From: Actinomycetota bacterium | GTDB taxonomy: Bacteria > Actinomycetota > Acidimicrobiia > Spongiisociales > UBA11373 | DNA: 64,000 bases | Reading direction: 5' to 3' | NCBI GenBank assembly: GCA_043810615.1 | Contig: JBDROA010000092.1 | Coordinates: 3,235 to 67,234, forward strand | Position numbers and translations under genes: made by a program | Notes under the pieces: model-generated | Databases searched by the model: none | What the model was told of the DNA's origin: nothing | What the model saw: the letters and a program-made list of their open reading frames with translations, nothing else | Part shown: positions 9,499 to 19,942 of the stretch, piece after piece | Position numbering within the stretch: the stretch's first letter is position 1 | Layout: each line of letters opens with the position of its first letter

Positions 9499-10569
9499 TC
9501 ACCTCGCGGCAGGGGTCAGGGTGCCGTCGGCGTCCGCCGGGTCGGGGAACATCACCACCTTGCCGCACGCGCCCGACGCCATGAGGCCGAAGGCCGCAGC
9601 GAAGTCCTCGAGGGCGAAGCGGTGGGTGACCACGGGCGACAGGTCGACGGCGTGGGAGCGAAGCATGGCCCGCATCTGATACCAGGTGGCCCACAGCCGG
9701 CGACCGACGATGCCGTGGACCGTGGCCCCCTTGAAGACGATGCGGTCGTCGAAGTCGAAGGAGATGGGGCGGGAGAAGATGCCGAGCAGGGCCGCCTCTC
9801 CGCCGGGCCGGAGGAGCCCGAAGCCCTGGTCGATGGCCGCGGCCACGCCGGACATCTCCAGCAGGACGTCGACCCCGTCGCCGTCGGTGGCGGCCATGAC
9901 TCCGGCCTCGAGGTCTTGCCGGGCCGGGTTGAACACGGCTTCGGCTCCCATCGCCCGGGCCATGGCCAGGCGGTAGTCGCTGACATCGGAGGCCAGGACC
10001 GAGCGGGCGCCCAGGGCGCGGGCAGCAGCGATGGCCATGACACCCACCGGGCCGCACCCTGTCACCAACACCTTGCGACCGGCGACCGCTGGAGTGGAGG
10101 CGGTGTGTACGGCGTTGCCGAAGTTCTCTTGCAGCGAGGCGATGGAGAGGGGCATGTTCGCCGGATCGGGCCAGCAGTTGACCTCAGGGACGGCCACGAA
10201 CTCGGCAAAGACCCCGTCGCGGTGGACACCGAGGATGCGGGTCTGAGGGCAAAGGTGGCCCTTCCCGGTGCGGCAGAGCAAGCAGGTCCCGCAGACGACG
10301 TGAGACTCCACCGAGACCAGCGTTCCGAACGGGGGCCCGGAGACGCCGTCGCCGTGGCCCACCACCACCCCGCACATCTCATGGCCCACCACGAGCGGCG
10401 GCACGATGCGATCGGCGGCCCAGGGGTCCCAGTTGCGGATGTGCAGGTCGGTGCCGCAGATCGACGCCGCCTTCACCTGGAGGAGCACCTCGCCCCGCCC
10501 CGGCCGCGGCGCAGGCACCTCACACATCTCGAGACCGGGACCGGGGCCCGGCTTCACTACGGCCCGCAT
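9499..10569 (-). CDS. tdh: L-threonine 3-dehydrogenase (Zn-dependent alcohol dehydrogenase family)
   Basis: [10 protein letters not shown]...GHEMCGVV...[15 protein letters not shown] zinc sites, GCGPVG Rossmann motif. Internal Met start at 10569 chosen by N-terminal homology (MKALVK-type). Stop sits 2 nt before the kbl start. Confidence 0.85.
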   Translation of the reverse strand: MRAVVKPGPGPGLEMCEVPAPRPGRGEVLLQVKAASICGTDLHIRNWDPWAADRIVPPLVVGHEMCGVVVGHGDGVSGPPFGTLVSVESHVVCGTCLLCRTGKGHLCPQTRILGVHRDGVFAEFVAVPEVNCWPDPANMPLSIASLQENFGNAVHTASTPAVAGRKVLVTGCGPVGVMAIAAARALGARSVLASDVSDYRLAMARAMGAEAVFNPARQDLEAGVMAATDGDGVDVLLEMSGVAAAIDQGFGLLRPGGEAALLGIFSRPISFDFDDRIVFKGATVHGIVGRRLWATWYQMRAMLRSHAVDLSPVVTHRFALEDFAAAFGLMASGACGKVVMFPDPADADGTLTPAAR

Positions 10570-10661
10570 TGCCCGCACCCTAACGGGAACGGGCCTGAGG
10601 TTGCACGTCGGAGCGGCGGGCGAGCGCCGGGCAAACACCGCGATCGGGCCATACTGGCGGC

Positions 10662-12299
10662 ATGCGTTGGCGCGTCTTGACCGCCGGGGCGACCCTGGCT
10701 CTTGCGGGCCTAGCCGTCGCGGTCCCGGCGACGGCGGCGCCGGCCGGAGGAGGGGCGATCGTGGTCCGCGCCCGGTTCGACGCCACCATGCCCGAGCGTT
10801 TCGGGCTCGATGCCGACGAGGACGGCCTGATCGACCTGCCGAACACCCCGGCCTACGTCCGCCCCGGCGGGGGCCTGCAGTGCGGCCCGGACTGCGGGCC
10901 GCTTTTCACCCTGCGCCTGGACGCCACAGAGAGCACGGCGACCATGGGCGGGGGGCCCCTGCCCTTGGCGTCCTACCGATGGGAAATCACCGGGCCGGCG
11001 GGGCGACGGGTGGTGCGCCGCGGGACGGACCCCCGTCTCGAGGTTCCGCTGCCCGAGGGCCGCTACCGGGTCGCTCTGGAGGTCGAAGCCGCTCTGCCCT
11101 GGGGCAGTGCGCGGGGCCGGTCGGTCCGCGAGATCGTGGTGGAGGACCTGCTGGTCGTGGCCATCGGGGACTCCTACGCCGGCGGAGAGGGGAACCCGGA
11201 GCGACCCCGCAGCGAGGGCGATGTCCCCGCGGCATGGGCCGATGCGCCCGGAGACCCCGCTACCGAGGCGGCCCATGCTGCCGCCCACCGCTCCACGGTG
11301 GCCTGGCCGGCCCTGGCCGCCCTGGCCCTGGAACGGGCCGATGCCGGGACTTCGGTGACCTTCGTGTCGGTGGCCGCGAGCTCGGCGCGGGTCGAGGCCG
11401 GCTTGCTGGGCCCCTAGTCCGGGGTGAGCCCGACGGGGCAGCTCGACCAGGTGGCGACGCTGACGGAGGGGCGGCGCATCGATCTGCTGTTGGTTTCGGT
11501 AGGGGGGAACGACATCGGCTTCGCCCGGATTCTGTCCGGCCTGGTGGACGCCGATCGCCTGACCGACCCGCTGTGCTACGGCACCGATCTGCAGAACATC
11601 TGGGAGGCGGCGCTCGACGGCGACTGGAACCGCGACTCCGGCCTCCACTTCGCCCTGCCCTGGGGACTGGGCTGCCGCCCGACGCGGACTTGGGGGAATC
11701 CCGTGCTCCCCGGGCTGCGGGGGCTCCCGGCAGAGCTCGACCGCCTGGCGGCCGCGGTCGATCGCCTTGACGCGGCGGCGGTGTATCTGATGGAGTACCC
11801 CGATCCCACCGGGGCGGGGGCGGAGGACGGCGGCTGCGGCGAGATCGTGGGGGACGCGACGCCGCCGTTCCGCTTCCACGAGATCAACCGGGCCGAGCAG
11901 GAGGAGGGGCTCGCGCGGGTGGTGCGGCCCCTCAACCGGATCCTGGCGGCGGCGGCGAGCCGCCACGGCTGGGGGTTCGTCGGGGGAGTGGCCGAGGGGT
12001 TCGCGGCCGGCCACGGGTACTGCGGCACTCGGCCGGCCTACTCGTCGGCGACCGGGGAGCCGACGGGCTCCCCGGCATCGGGAGCGGGCGGCACAAGGTC
12101 GTGGTACCGGCATCCGGCCGGCCTCGAGGCAGCGCAGGCTCTCACGGGCGAGGGGGTGGGCTGGTATCGCACCGCGACACAATCGGTCGTGCTCCAGGGG
12201 CCGGGCACTGCCTGGGACACGGCCGGCACGATGCACCCCAACGAGCTCGGGCACCTCGCCATGGCCCGCTCCCTGCTGGCGGCGCTGCCAGGAGACTAG
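10662..12299 (+). pseudogene. Secreted SGNH/GDSL-family hydrolase interrupted by a single in-frame TAG (11418-11420)
   Basis: ORFs 10662-11417 and 11424-12299 share one frame, separated only by TAG. The first part has a signal peptide and block I GDSYAGG (catalytic Ser). The second part has block III GGND and block V DTAGTMHPNELGH (Asp/His). The triad is therefore split across the stop. Confidence 0.5.
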
Positions 12300-12401
12300 T
12301 CACCTGGATCCAGCGGAATGATCCCGCGGCTACTACGCGGAGTGGTAGGTTGGGGGTAGGTGACCGCCTAGAGTGGTAGCCATTCGGGCAGAGGGACCAC
12401 A

Positions 12402-13019
12402 ATGACCGGAGCCGAGGGCCACAACGAGCGGTTCGGCAAGGTGCTGCGGATCACCGCGCTCGTCGCCACACTGGTCGCCCTGGCAGCCGTCATCGGTCCC
12501 CGGCTGGCCTCCTCGGGCGGCGGCGGCAGCACCGTGGCCACCGCTGCCGCCTGGGTCCCTGCCGAGGCCACACCAGCGGCGACCCCCACCTGGCCGACGG
12601 TCCCGGCCGCGCGCCTCACCACCGCGCCACCCGTGACCACCACGACCGCACCGGCGGTGGTGTTCCCGGTGACGCCCGTCGAGGACGGCGGCGCCGTAGA
12701 CCTGGCTCTCGCCGGAACGCACGCCGGCCGCTATGGGCCGGAGCGCGCCGGGTTCTTCGCCGGGGACACAATCGGCTGGCGCTTCCAGGTGACCAACAGC
12801 GGTGAGGAGTACCTGTGGGGGGTGTTCGTGTACCTGGAGTTGTACGGCCCGGTGACCTGCGCCTCCCGCCGCCTCGAGGTGGGGGCAAGCACCGAGTGTT
12901 GGGCCGAGACCAACGCCCTCGTCCCCACCAGCGGCGCCGAAGCCTGGGTCACGGCGTGGACCGAGGCGCGCATGGTCGGCGATCGGTTGTCACATCGGGT
13001 CGGCACCGCCGTCGGCTGA
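12402..13019 (+). CDS. Hypothetical membrane-anchored protein with Pro/Thr-rich linker and small C-terminal Cys-pair domain
   Basis: N-terminal TM helix (ITALVATLVALAAVIG), a PT-rich stretch, and a C-terminal ~90 aa domain (CASRRLEVGASTEC). RBS GAGGGA lies 8 nt upstream. Confidence 0.5.
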   Translation: MTGAEGHNERFGKVLRITALVATLVALAAVIGPRLASSGGGGSTVATAAAWVPAEATPAATPTWPTVPAARLTTAPPVTTTTAPAVVFPVTPVEDGGAVDLALAGTHAGRYGPERAGFFAGDTIGWRFQVTNSGEEYLWGVFVYLELYGPVTCASRRLEVGASTECWAETNALVPTSGAEAWVTAWTEARMVGDRLSHRVGTAVG

Positions 13020-14321
13020 GCCGCGGGTCGCCTCCGGTCGGTTCTCTCCGCCATTCCCGGCCTGACCGGTGATGTGCCACAGGCTGCCGGTGATCAGCGT
13101 CAGCGCCAGGGCCACGATCGCCGCGGCCGAAGCTAGGTAGACGACACCTACCCCAAAGGCCTCGGCGGCGGCGCCTCCGAGGACGGCTCCCAGCGGCAAC
13201 CCGGCCCAGGAGAGAGTGCGGGAGGCGGCGATCACCCGGCCCCGGAACTCGGGTGGGGGCAACTGCTGGCGCAGGGTGGTGAAGGTGACGTTGACGAAGG
13301 AGACACCGGTCACCGCCAGGCCGGCAGGGAAGATCGCGGCGACGGTGGACCAGACCGGCGAGAGGGCGGCGAAGGCCGGGGCCGCCACGGCCAGGGCGAG
13401 GAACCCGCCGCCCATCGCCAGGAGGCCGCAGACAAAGGCTCGGCCCAGGCCGAGGCGGCGCGCCACCGTGGGAGCAGCGATCACCCCAAACGCGCCGAGC
13501 AGCGCATGGCCCCCGAAGAACCAGCCGATGAGGACGCCCTCGGTGATTCCGAGGTGTTCGCGACAGAAGAGGACGAGCAGGGCCTCCATGGGGACGAAGG
13601 CGAGGTTGCCCAGGGTCCCGGCCACGGTGGCGGCGCGCAGCGGGGGGAGGCCCCACAGGCAGGAGAGGCCGCGGCGGAAAGAGGCCAGCCATGGAGCGCG
13701 CTCCGGCTGCGGACGGGGCCGGATCTCCACCAGGACCAGCAGGGTCACTGCCGAGAGGGCGAAGGAGGCGGCGTCGAGGCCGAAGGCGACTGGGAAACCG
13801 CCGGTGGCGGCCAGGAAGCCCGCGAGGGGAGGGCCGAGCGTCCAGGCGAGGGTGCGCACGAACTGGAGGCGGGAGTTCACCACCACCAGGGAGCGGTCGG
13901 TGGCGAGAGCCGGCATCCACGACTGCAGGCCGGAATCGAAGGTGACCGTCAGGCTGCCCACCAAGAAGGCGGCGACGAAGACCATCCACACCTCGGTCGT
14001 GCCCGCCGCCGCCGCCAGGGCCAGAGCTACGAAAGCCCCCGCCCGGCCCAGGTCGGCGATGACGAGGATCCGTCGCACGGGGACCCGGTCGAGGAGGACG
14101 CCCACGGCGAAGCCGAACAGCAGCGTGGGGAGGGTCTCGAGGGCCGTGGTGAGACCCAGGTCGAGGGCGGAGCCGGTGAGGTGGACGACGAACAGGGGCA
14201 GGGCCAGCAGGGCGACGTAGTCGCCGAAGAGGGAGGCGGACTGGCCGCCGAGGAGCCAGTAGAGGTTGCGGCGGGCGACGGCGCCTTCATCCGGGGAGGA
14301 ACTTGGGCCACCGGCGGTCAT
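12990..14321 (-). CDS. MFS transporter
   Basis: About 12 predicted TM helices, 444 aa from Met62 of the ORF (start at 14321). The 3' end overlaps the convergent hypothetical gene by 30 nt. Confidence 0.8.
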   Translation of the reverse strand: MTAGGPSSSPDEGAVARRNLYWLLGGQSASLFGDYVALLALPLFVVHLTGSALDLGLTTALETLPTLLFGFAVGVLLDRVPVRRILVIADLGRAGAFVALALAAAAGTTEVWMVFVAAFLVGSLTVTFDSGLQSWMPALATDRSLVVVNSRLQFVRTLAWTLGPPLAGFLAATGGFPVAFGLDAASFALSAVTLLVLVEIRPRPQPERAPWLASFRRGLSCLWGLPPLRAATVAGTLGNLAFVPMEALLVLFCREHLGITEGVLIGWFFGGHALLGAFGVIAAPTVARRLGLGRAFVCGLLAMGGGFLALAVAAPAFAALSPVWSTVAAIFPAGLAVTGVSFVNVTFTTLRQQLPPPEFRGRVIAASRTLSWAGLPLGAVLGGAAAEAFGVGVVYLASAAAIVALALTLITGSLWHITGQAGNGGENRPEATRGSADGGADPM

Positions 14322-14497
14322 GGGGGCCGAGGATACCGGCCGGGGGGCCCGGGGCTGGTGAGCCCCCGCACCGGCGCTCGCGGAATGGCTCGCATGAGGT
14401 AGCCTTCCGATTGCGAGCGCGGCCTTCCCCCGGGGCGGGGGACGGCAAGGGTGACACGGGGCCGCAGGGGCGGTCCCCCCGGCCGAGAAGGGGCATC

Positions 14498-14791
14498 GTG
14501 GCAAAGGCGAAGGAACTCCCCGGACTGGTTTCCGAGTTTGTGGCTCTGGCGAAGGAGTACGTGCGTCAGCGCACCCTGGTGCCGGCCAAGGCGCTGGGCC
14601 GGACGGCCGGGCTCGGCTTCGCCGGGGCGTTCGTGTTCGCCCTCGCGGGCCTGTTCCTGGCGGTGGCCGGCATGCGGCTGATCGTGGCCGCCTTGCCGGA
14701 CGGCCAGATCTGGAGCGGCTTGGGGTACGTCCTGGCCGCGGTCGGGCTGCTGGCGGTCAGCGGAGTTGTGGCCTGGAGGGCATCCAAATGA
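14498..14791 (+). CDS. Holin-X-like (actinobacterial Phage_holin_3_6 family) small membrane protein
   Basis: GTG start. LVSEFVALAKEYVRQRTLVPAKALGRTAGLGFAGAFVFALAGLFLAVAGMRLI..., two TM helices, 97 aa. Confidence 0.55.
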   Translation: MAKAKELPGLVSEFVALAKEYVRQRTLVPAKALGRTAGLGFAGAFVFALAGLFLAVAGMRLIVAALPDGQIWSGLGYVLAAVGLLAVSGVVAWRASK

Positions 14792-14982
14792 CAGTGAAGA
14801 AGGCCGACCTCGAAGCCAAGTTGCGGGAGATCCAGGGAGTGGTCGACGAAACGGCCACGGCGATGCGCGGCGCGGTGGTGGTGACGATCGTGGTGGTGGT
14901 CGCCATCGCCCTCTTCTTCCTTCTCGGCAAGCGCAGGGGCAAGAAGGGCAGCGCCCGGGTCGAGGTATTCCGGCTCGGCTGA
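14788..14982 (+). CDS. Small membrane protein (coiled N-terminus, single C-terminal TM helix)
   Basis: ATGA overlap with the preceding gene. 64 aa; VVVTIVVVVAIALFFLL TM helix followed by a basic tail. Confidence 0.45.
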   Translation: MTVKKADLEAKLREIQGVVDETATAMRGAVVVTIVVVVAIALFFLLGKRRGKKGSARVEVFRLG

Positions 14983-15042
14983 AGACGCGAGGGGCCGCTT
15001 GGCCCGCTGAGCCCGACGGCCGTCCCCGGCCGCCGGGCCCGA

Positions 15043-15261
15043 TCAGGTCCCAGCTTCCGACTCCTCGCCGGGATCGATCAGGCGAATCCGGAGGGCATCC
15101 CCCGGCCGCAGGGTGCGGGCATACAGCAGCCGGCGACGCGGCCCCCGCCGCCGCCGCAGCCACCCGACGACCAGGAGCGCCGTGCCCAGTCCGGCCAGGC
15201 CGGGGTTGCCGCGGCGCGCCCCGCCGGCCAGGGTGCGGGCTCCGGTGCGAAGCAGGTCCAT
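15043..15261 (-). CDS. Small hypothetical protein (72 aa), possible membrane protein
   Basis: ORF only; no recognisable motif. Convergent to the two small membrane protein genes. Weak support. Confidence 0.25.
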   Translation of the reverse strand: MDLLRTGARTLAGGARRGNPGLAGLGTALLVVGWLRRRRGPRRRLLYARTLRPGDALRIRLIDPGEESEAGT

Positions 15262-15473
15262 GCGGTGATGTTAGGGGGCGCGGATGGGATCGCCCCACAA
15301 GCGGGCTGCGGCCGTCGTCCGGCTTGCTCGCCCCTGGGCCGGGGAGGAGCCACGGACGGCGCCTAGAGTGGCACCGTGTTCCGCCATCGCGAGCGCATGG
15401 TCAAGATCCTGGGAGCGATCCTGGCGGTGATGCTGCTCCTGTCCTTCGCCCTTCCACTCCTTCTCGCCGGCAG

Positions 15474-16310
15474 GTGAGCGACGTCTTCCGCTCTGGGGAG
15501 GTTTGCCTGCTGGTCGACGGGCGGGGCCGCCACTACCTGGTGGACCTTGATCCGGCGGGCGTCTTCCAATACCACGTAGGCGTCCTGTCGCACCGCGAGA
15601 TCATCGGGGCGGCCGAGGGGACCGTCCTGCGGTCTTCCGGCGAGGGGCGCCTGATCGCCCTGCGCCCCCGTTTGGCCGACTACATCCTGCGCATGCGCCG
15701 GGGGGCCCAGGTGGTGTATCCCAAGGACATCGGCCCCATCCTGCACTGGGGGGACATCGGGGCCGGGATGACCGTGCTCGAAGCGGGGACGGGGTCGGGA
15801 GCCCTGACGATGGCCCTGGTTCGGGCGGTAGGGCCCGCCGGCCGGGTGATCAGCGTCGAAGAACGGCCCGACCACGCCGCCGGGGCCCGCGCCGCCATCG
15901 TGCGCTTCCTCGGGGAGATCCCCGCCAACCTGGACTTGCGGATCGGCAGGGTGGAGGAGGCGGTCGAGGAGGTGGCGCCGGACCGCCTGGTACTCGACCT
16001 GCCGGAGCCATGGGAGGTCGTGGGCCCGGCGGTGGCCGGCCTCGCCGATGGGGGCGTCCTGACGGCCTACGTTCCCACGGTGCCCCAGGTACAGCACCTC
16101 CACGACGAACTGCGCCGGTCGCACCGCTTCCTGGACGCGTTCACTTTCGAGGTGCTGTTTCGCGAGTGGGTCGCGCAAGGCCGTTCGGTGCGGCCCGCCA
16201 GCCACATGGTCGGCCACACCGGGTTCGTCACCGTGGCCCGCAAGGTGGCCGCGGGCAGCGCGGCGGCCGACGAGCCCGATCCGGAAGACGGGGAGGGGCC
16301 CCGCGAGTAG
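15474..16310 (+). CDS. trmI: tRNA (adenine58-N1)-methyltransferase
   Basis: GTG start at 15474. SAM-binding VLEAGTGSGALTMAL. Homologue of the mycobacterial Rv2118c-type enzyme that sits next to the proteasome locus. The long upstream ORF extension was rejected. Confidence 0.8.
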   Translation: MSDVFRSGEVCLLVDGRGRHYLVDLDPAGVFQYHVGVLSHREIIGAAEGTVLRSSGEGRLIALRPRLADYILRMRRGAQVVYPKDIGPILHWGDIGAGMTVLEAGTGSGALTMALVRAVGPAGRVISVEERPDHAAGARAAIVRFLGEIPANLDLRIGRVEEAVEEVAPDRLVLDLPEPWEVVGPAVAGLADGGVLTAYVPTVPQVQHLHDELRRSHRFLDAFTFEVLFREWVAQGRSVRPASHMVGHTGFVTVARKVAAGSAAADEPDPEDGEGPRE

Positions 16311-16337
16311 CAGGGCCCCTCCTGAGACTCGGCCCGC

Positions 16338-16583
16338 CTACTCCTCGATGAAGATGCACTCGCCGGGGCACTCCTCGACGGACTGGCGGGTGGCGTCCTC
16401 TGAGCCGGCGAGGACCTCGGCTTTGCCTTCGGCCCCCTGTGGGTTGCCCTTGGCGGCGGCGAAGAGCTTGTCGCCTTCGCGCACGTAGGCCAGGCCGTCG
16501 TCCAGCAGGACGAAGACGTCGGGGGCGATTTCCTCGCACAAGCCGTCGCCGGTGCAGAGATCCTGGTCGATCCAGACCTTCAT
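16338..16583 (-). CDS. Ferredoxin (small [Fe-S] ferredoxin)
   Basis: 81 aa: [24 protein letters not shown]...[11 protein letters not shown] with Cys motifs. RBS AGAGGGAAG. It is only the 3' part of a 647-aa antisense ORF in the track. Confidence 0.75.
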   Translation of the reverse strand: MKVWIDQDLCTGDGLCEEIAPDVFVLLDDGLAYVREGDKLFAAAKGNPQGAEGKAEVLAGSEDATRQSVEECPGECIFIEE

Positions 16584-16616
16584 CGTCTTCCCTCTGTTCG
16601 TTGGGGTCGGGAGGGA

Positions 16617-18428
16617 TTGTACCGAGCGGCGATGCTCCCCCGGCATATCGCCCTGAGAGAGCCGCGGGCCGGCCGTATACTCTCCGCCGGCCGACCGGGA
16701 GGGGCCGTGGCCGCAGGCCAGCGCTCCGGCGACGAGCTGGCGCAGACCATCAGGATGCTCGAGGAGGAGATCGCCATTCTCCGGCGGCGGCTCCAGGATG
16801 CCCCGCGCCGGGTGCGGGCACTCGAGGAGCGCTTGCTCGAGGCCAAAGGCCGGCTCTCCCAGGCGGTCTCCCAGAACGAGAGGCTCTCGGCCGCTCTCGC
16901 GGAGACCCGGGAGCAGCTGGCGCTGCTGCGCACCGAGGTCGACAAGCTCACCGCCCCACCCAACGTCTTCGGCATCATCGACCGCGTCAACACGGACGGC
17001 ACCATCGACGTCCTGACCGGCGGCCGCAAGCTGCGGGTGGGGGTGCAGCCTGCCATCGAGGTGAAGGAACTGGAGCGGGGCCAGGAGGTGCTGCTCAACG
17101 AGGCGATGAACGTGGTCGACGCGCGGGCGTTCGACCCGGCGGGAGAGGTGGCCACCGTCAAGGAGGTCATGGGCGACGGCCGGGTCATCGTGGTGGGGCC
17201 GGCCGGCGAGGAGCACGTGGTCGGACTCGCCGGGCCCATGATGGAGGCGCCCTTGCGAGTGGGCGACGCGGTGCGCCCGGACGGGCGCAGCGGGCTCATC
17301 CACGAGAGGCTGGTGCGCCCCGAGGTCGAGGAGCTGGTCCTGGAGGAGATCCCCGACATCACCTACGAGCAGATCGGGGGTCTGGGGCCGCAGATCGAGA
17401 CCATCCGCGACGCGGTCGAACTGCCCTACCTGCAGAAGCAGCTCTTCGAGGAGTACGGGCTCAGCGCTCCCAAGGGGGTGCTGCTCTACGGGCCGCCCGG
17501 CTGCGGCAAGACGCTGATCGCCAAGGCGGTGGCCAACAGCTTGGCCCGGGCGGTGGCTGCCAAGACCGGCTCGGCGGACGCGCGTTCGCACTTCCTCAAC
17601 GTCAAGGGCCCGGAGCTGCTCAACAAGTACGTGGGGGAGACCGAGCGGCAGATCCGCCTCATTTTCGCCCGTGCCAAAGAGAAGTCGGATGAGGGGGTGC
17701 CGGTCATCGTATTCTTCGATGAGATGGACTCCCTGTTTCGCATCCGGGGGAGCGGGGTGTCGTCGGACGTGGAGCACACTGTGGTCCCGCAGCTGCTCTC
17801 CGAGCTCGACGGCGTCGAGGGCCTGAAGAACGTCATCGTGATCGGGGCCTCGAACCGGGAGGACCTCATCGATCCGGCCATCCTGCGCCCGGGGCGCCTC
17901 GACGTGAAGATCAAGATCGAGCGACCCGACGTGGCGGCGGCACGGGAGATCTTTGGCATCTACCTGAGGAGCACCCTGCCCTTGCCGAAGGACGAGCTCG
18001 TCGCCGCCGGTGACGACCCGGCGGTGCTGGTGGCGGCGATGATCAACCGGGTGATCGAGGCCATGTACTCGTCCGCCGACGAGAACCGCTTCCTGGAGGT
18101 GACGTACGCCAGCGGCGACAAGGAGACCCTCTTCTTCCGGGACTTCGCCTCGGGAGCCATGATCGAGAACGTGGTGCGCCGGGCCAAGAAGGCGGCCATC
18201 AAGCGGGAGATCGCCGGGGGACAGCGCGGGGTGGGCACCGCCGACCTGGTGGAGGCGGTGCGCCAGGAGTTCCGCGAGCACGAGGACCTGCCCAACACCA
18301 CCAACCCCGACGACTGGGCCCGCATCTCAGGCAAGAAGGGAGAGCGCATCGTGTACGTGCGCACCCTGGTTGGGGGCGACACCCCCCATCGCTCCATCGA
18401 GGCCATCAGCACGGGCCAGTACCTGTGA
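16617..18428 (+). CDS. mpa: Proteasome-associated AAA ATPase (ARC/Mpa)
   Basis: Coiled-coil N-terminus. Walker A GPPGCGKT, Walker [11 protein letters not shown]-terminal ...GQYL proteasome-docking motif. Start may be a few codons downstream (ATG 16632); only 33 bp separate it from the divergent ferredoxin gene. Confidence 0.9.
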   Translation: MYRAAMLPRHIALREPRAGRILSAGRPGGAVAAGQRSGDELAQTIRMLEEEIAILRRRLQDAPRRVRALEERLLEAKGRLSQAVSQNERLSAALAETREQLALLRTEVDKLTAPPNVFGIIDRVNTDGTIDVLTGGRKLRVGVQPAIEVKELERGQEVLLNEAMNVVDARAFDPAGEVATVKEVMGDGRVIVVGPAGEEHVVGLAGPMMEAPLRVGDAVRPDGRSGLIHERLVRPEVEELVLEEIPDITYEQIGGLGPQIETIRDAVELPYLQKQLFEEYGLSAPKGVLLYGPPGCGKTLIAKAVANSLARAVAAKTGSADARSHFLNVKGPELLNKYVGETERQIRLIFARAKEKSDEGVPVIVFFDEMDSLFRIRGSGVSSDVEHTVVPQLLSELDGVEGLKNVIVIGASNREDLIDPAILRPGRLDVKIKIERPDVAAAREIFGIYLRSTLPLPKDELVAAGDDPAVLVAAMINRVIEAMYSSADENRFLEVTYASGDKETLFFRDFASGAMIENVVRRAKKAAIKREIAGGQRGVGTADLVEAVRQEFREHEDLPNTTNPDDWARISGKKGERIVYVRTLVGGDTPHRSIEAISTGQYL

Positions 18429-19942
18429 GCCTCGCGGTCCACAAGGTCCTCGGGACGGAGACCGAGTTCGGCATCACGGTACGCGGACGGCCGGGGTACG
18501 ACCCGGCCACGGCGAGCAGCCTGGTGGTGGCGGCCTACGCCGGCCCCCGGCGCATTCGCTGGTCCTACGACGGGGAGACGCCGGGCCGCGACGCTCGGGG
18601 GTTCGGGAACGGCTCCGCCGACTTCGACAGCGGCATGCTCAACGCGGTGCTGCCCAATGGGGCCCGGCTGTACGTCGATCACGCTCACCCCGAGTTCTCC
18701 ACCCCGGAGTGCTTCGACCCCCTGGAGGCCGCGCTCTACGACAAGGCGGGAGAGTTGGTCCTGGCCCGGGCGGCGGCCGCCGCCCAAGGCGCTCTGGGCC
18801 CGGGAGAGCGCCTGCTCATCCACAAGAACAACAGCGACGGCAAGGGCAACTCCTACGGGGCCCACGAGAACTACCTCATGGCCCGTGGGGTGCCGTTCGG
18901 GGACGTGGTGGCACATCTGACCGCCTTCCTGGTGACCCGCCAGGTGTTCACCGGGGCGGGAAAGGTTGGGAGCGAAAACGGCCGTCCGGCCGTGCCTTTC
19001 CAGCTCAGCCAGCGCGCCGACTTCTTCGAGGAGGAGGTGGGGCTGGAGACCACACTCAAGCGGCCCATTGTCAACACCCGCGATGAGCCCCACGCCGACC
19101 CGGGGATCTACCGGCGGCTGCACGTGATCGCCGGTGACGCCAACCTGTCGGAGAAACAGATCCTCCTGAAGCTGGGGAGCACCGCCCTGGTGTTGGCGGC
19201 GCTCGAGGCCGGGGCGCTGGGGCGGCCGCTCCTCCTGAAGGACCCGGTGGGGGCCATGTGGCGGATCAGCCACGATCCGGGGCTGCGGCAGACCGTGCGG
19301 CTTGGCGGGGGGAAGAGCATCACCCCCCTAGAAGTGCAGCGTGAGTACCTCGCGCGGGTGCGCGACTACGCGGCCGCGGCCGATACCGGCCCGGTGCAAC
19401 TGCAGGTGCTGGGCCTCTGGGAGGAGGTTCTGGAGGCCCTGGAAAGCGACCCCCTGTCCACCTCGGGCTACCTGGACTGGGCCGCCAAGCTGGCGCTGCT
19501 CGAGGGTTACCGCGAGCGCGACGGGTTGCCCTGGTCGCATCCCAAGCTGCGCCTGCTCGACCTGCAGTACCACGACGTCGACCCGCAGCGAAGCCTGCAC
19601 CGCCGCCTGGTCCAGGCCGGGCGCATGGAGAGACTGTTCACCGACGACGACGTCGAGCGCGCTACCACGGAGCCGCCGGAGCGGACCCGGGCCTACTTCC
19701 GGGGGCGCTGTCTGGCCCGGTTCGGGGAGGCGGTGGTCGCGGCCAATTGGGACTCCCTGATCCTCGACGTCGGGGAGGATGCGCTGAGACGGGTGCCTAT
19801 GATGGACCCACTGCGCGGCGGCCGGGAGCGGGTGGCCGATCTCATCGATCGGTCCGCCTCGCCTGCCGATCTGGTCCGAGCCCTCGGAGGAGCCAATGGC
19901 CGAACAGGAACGCAAGCAGCGCCGCCGGAGCGGGCCCTCTGA
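18425..19942 (+). CDS. dop: Pup deamidase/depupylase
   Basis: 505 aa, carboxylate-amine ligase fold paralogous to PafA (GTETEFG...). First PafA-like gene after mpa, directly upstream of pup. GTGA overlap with mpa. Confidence 0.85.
   Translation: MSLAVHKVLGTETEFGITVRGRPGYDPATASSLVVAAYAGPRRIRWSYDGETPGRDARGFGNGSADFDSGMLNAVLPNGARLYVDHAHPEFSTPECFDPLEAALYDKAGELVLARAAAAAQGALGPGERLLIHKNNSDGKGNSYGAHENYLMARGVPFGDVVAHLTAFLVTRQVFTGAGKVGSENGRPAVPFQLSQRADFFEEEVGLETTLKRPIVNTRDEPHADPGIYRRLHVIAGDANLSEKQILLKLGSTALVLAALEAGALGRPLLLKDPVGAMWRISHDPGLRQTVRLGGGKSITPLEVQREYLARVRDYAAAADTGPVQLQVLGLWEEVLEALESDPLSTSGYLDWAAKLALLEGYRERDGLPWSHPKLRLLDLQYHDVDPQRSLHRRLVQAGRMERLFTDDDVERATTEPPERTRAYFRGRCLARFGEAVVAANWDSLILDVGEDALRRVPMMDPLRGGRERVADLIDRSASPADLVRALGGANGRTGTQAAPPERAL

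Noticed and set aside
10406-12254. 454-aa (+) and 514-aa (-) ORFs overlapping tdh and the SGNH hydrolase region
   Set aside because: R/G/P-rich artefactual frames. The tdh frame and the GDSL frame carry recognisable catalytic motifs.
13216-14402. Two long (+) ORFs antisense to the MFS transporter
   Set aside because: Basic low-complexity translations; the minus-strand frame has 12 well-formed TM helices.
16338-18281. 647-aa minus-strand ORF spanning the whole of mpa
   Set aside because: Only its final 81 codons (16338-16583) form a credible ferredoxin; the remainder is antisense to the strongly supported mpa gene.
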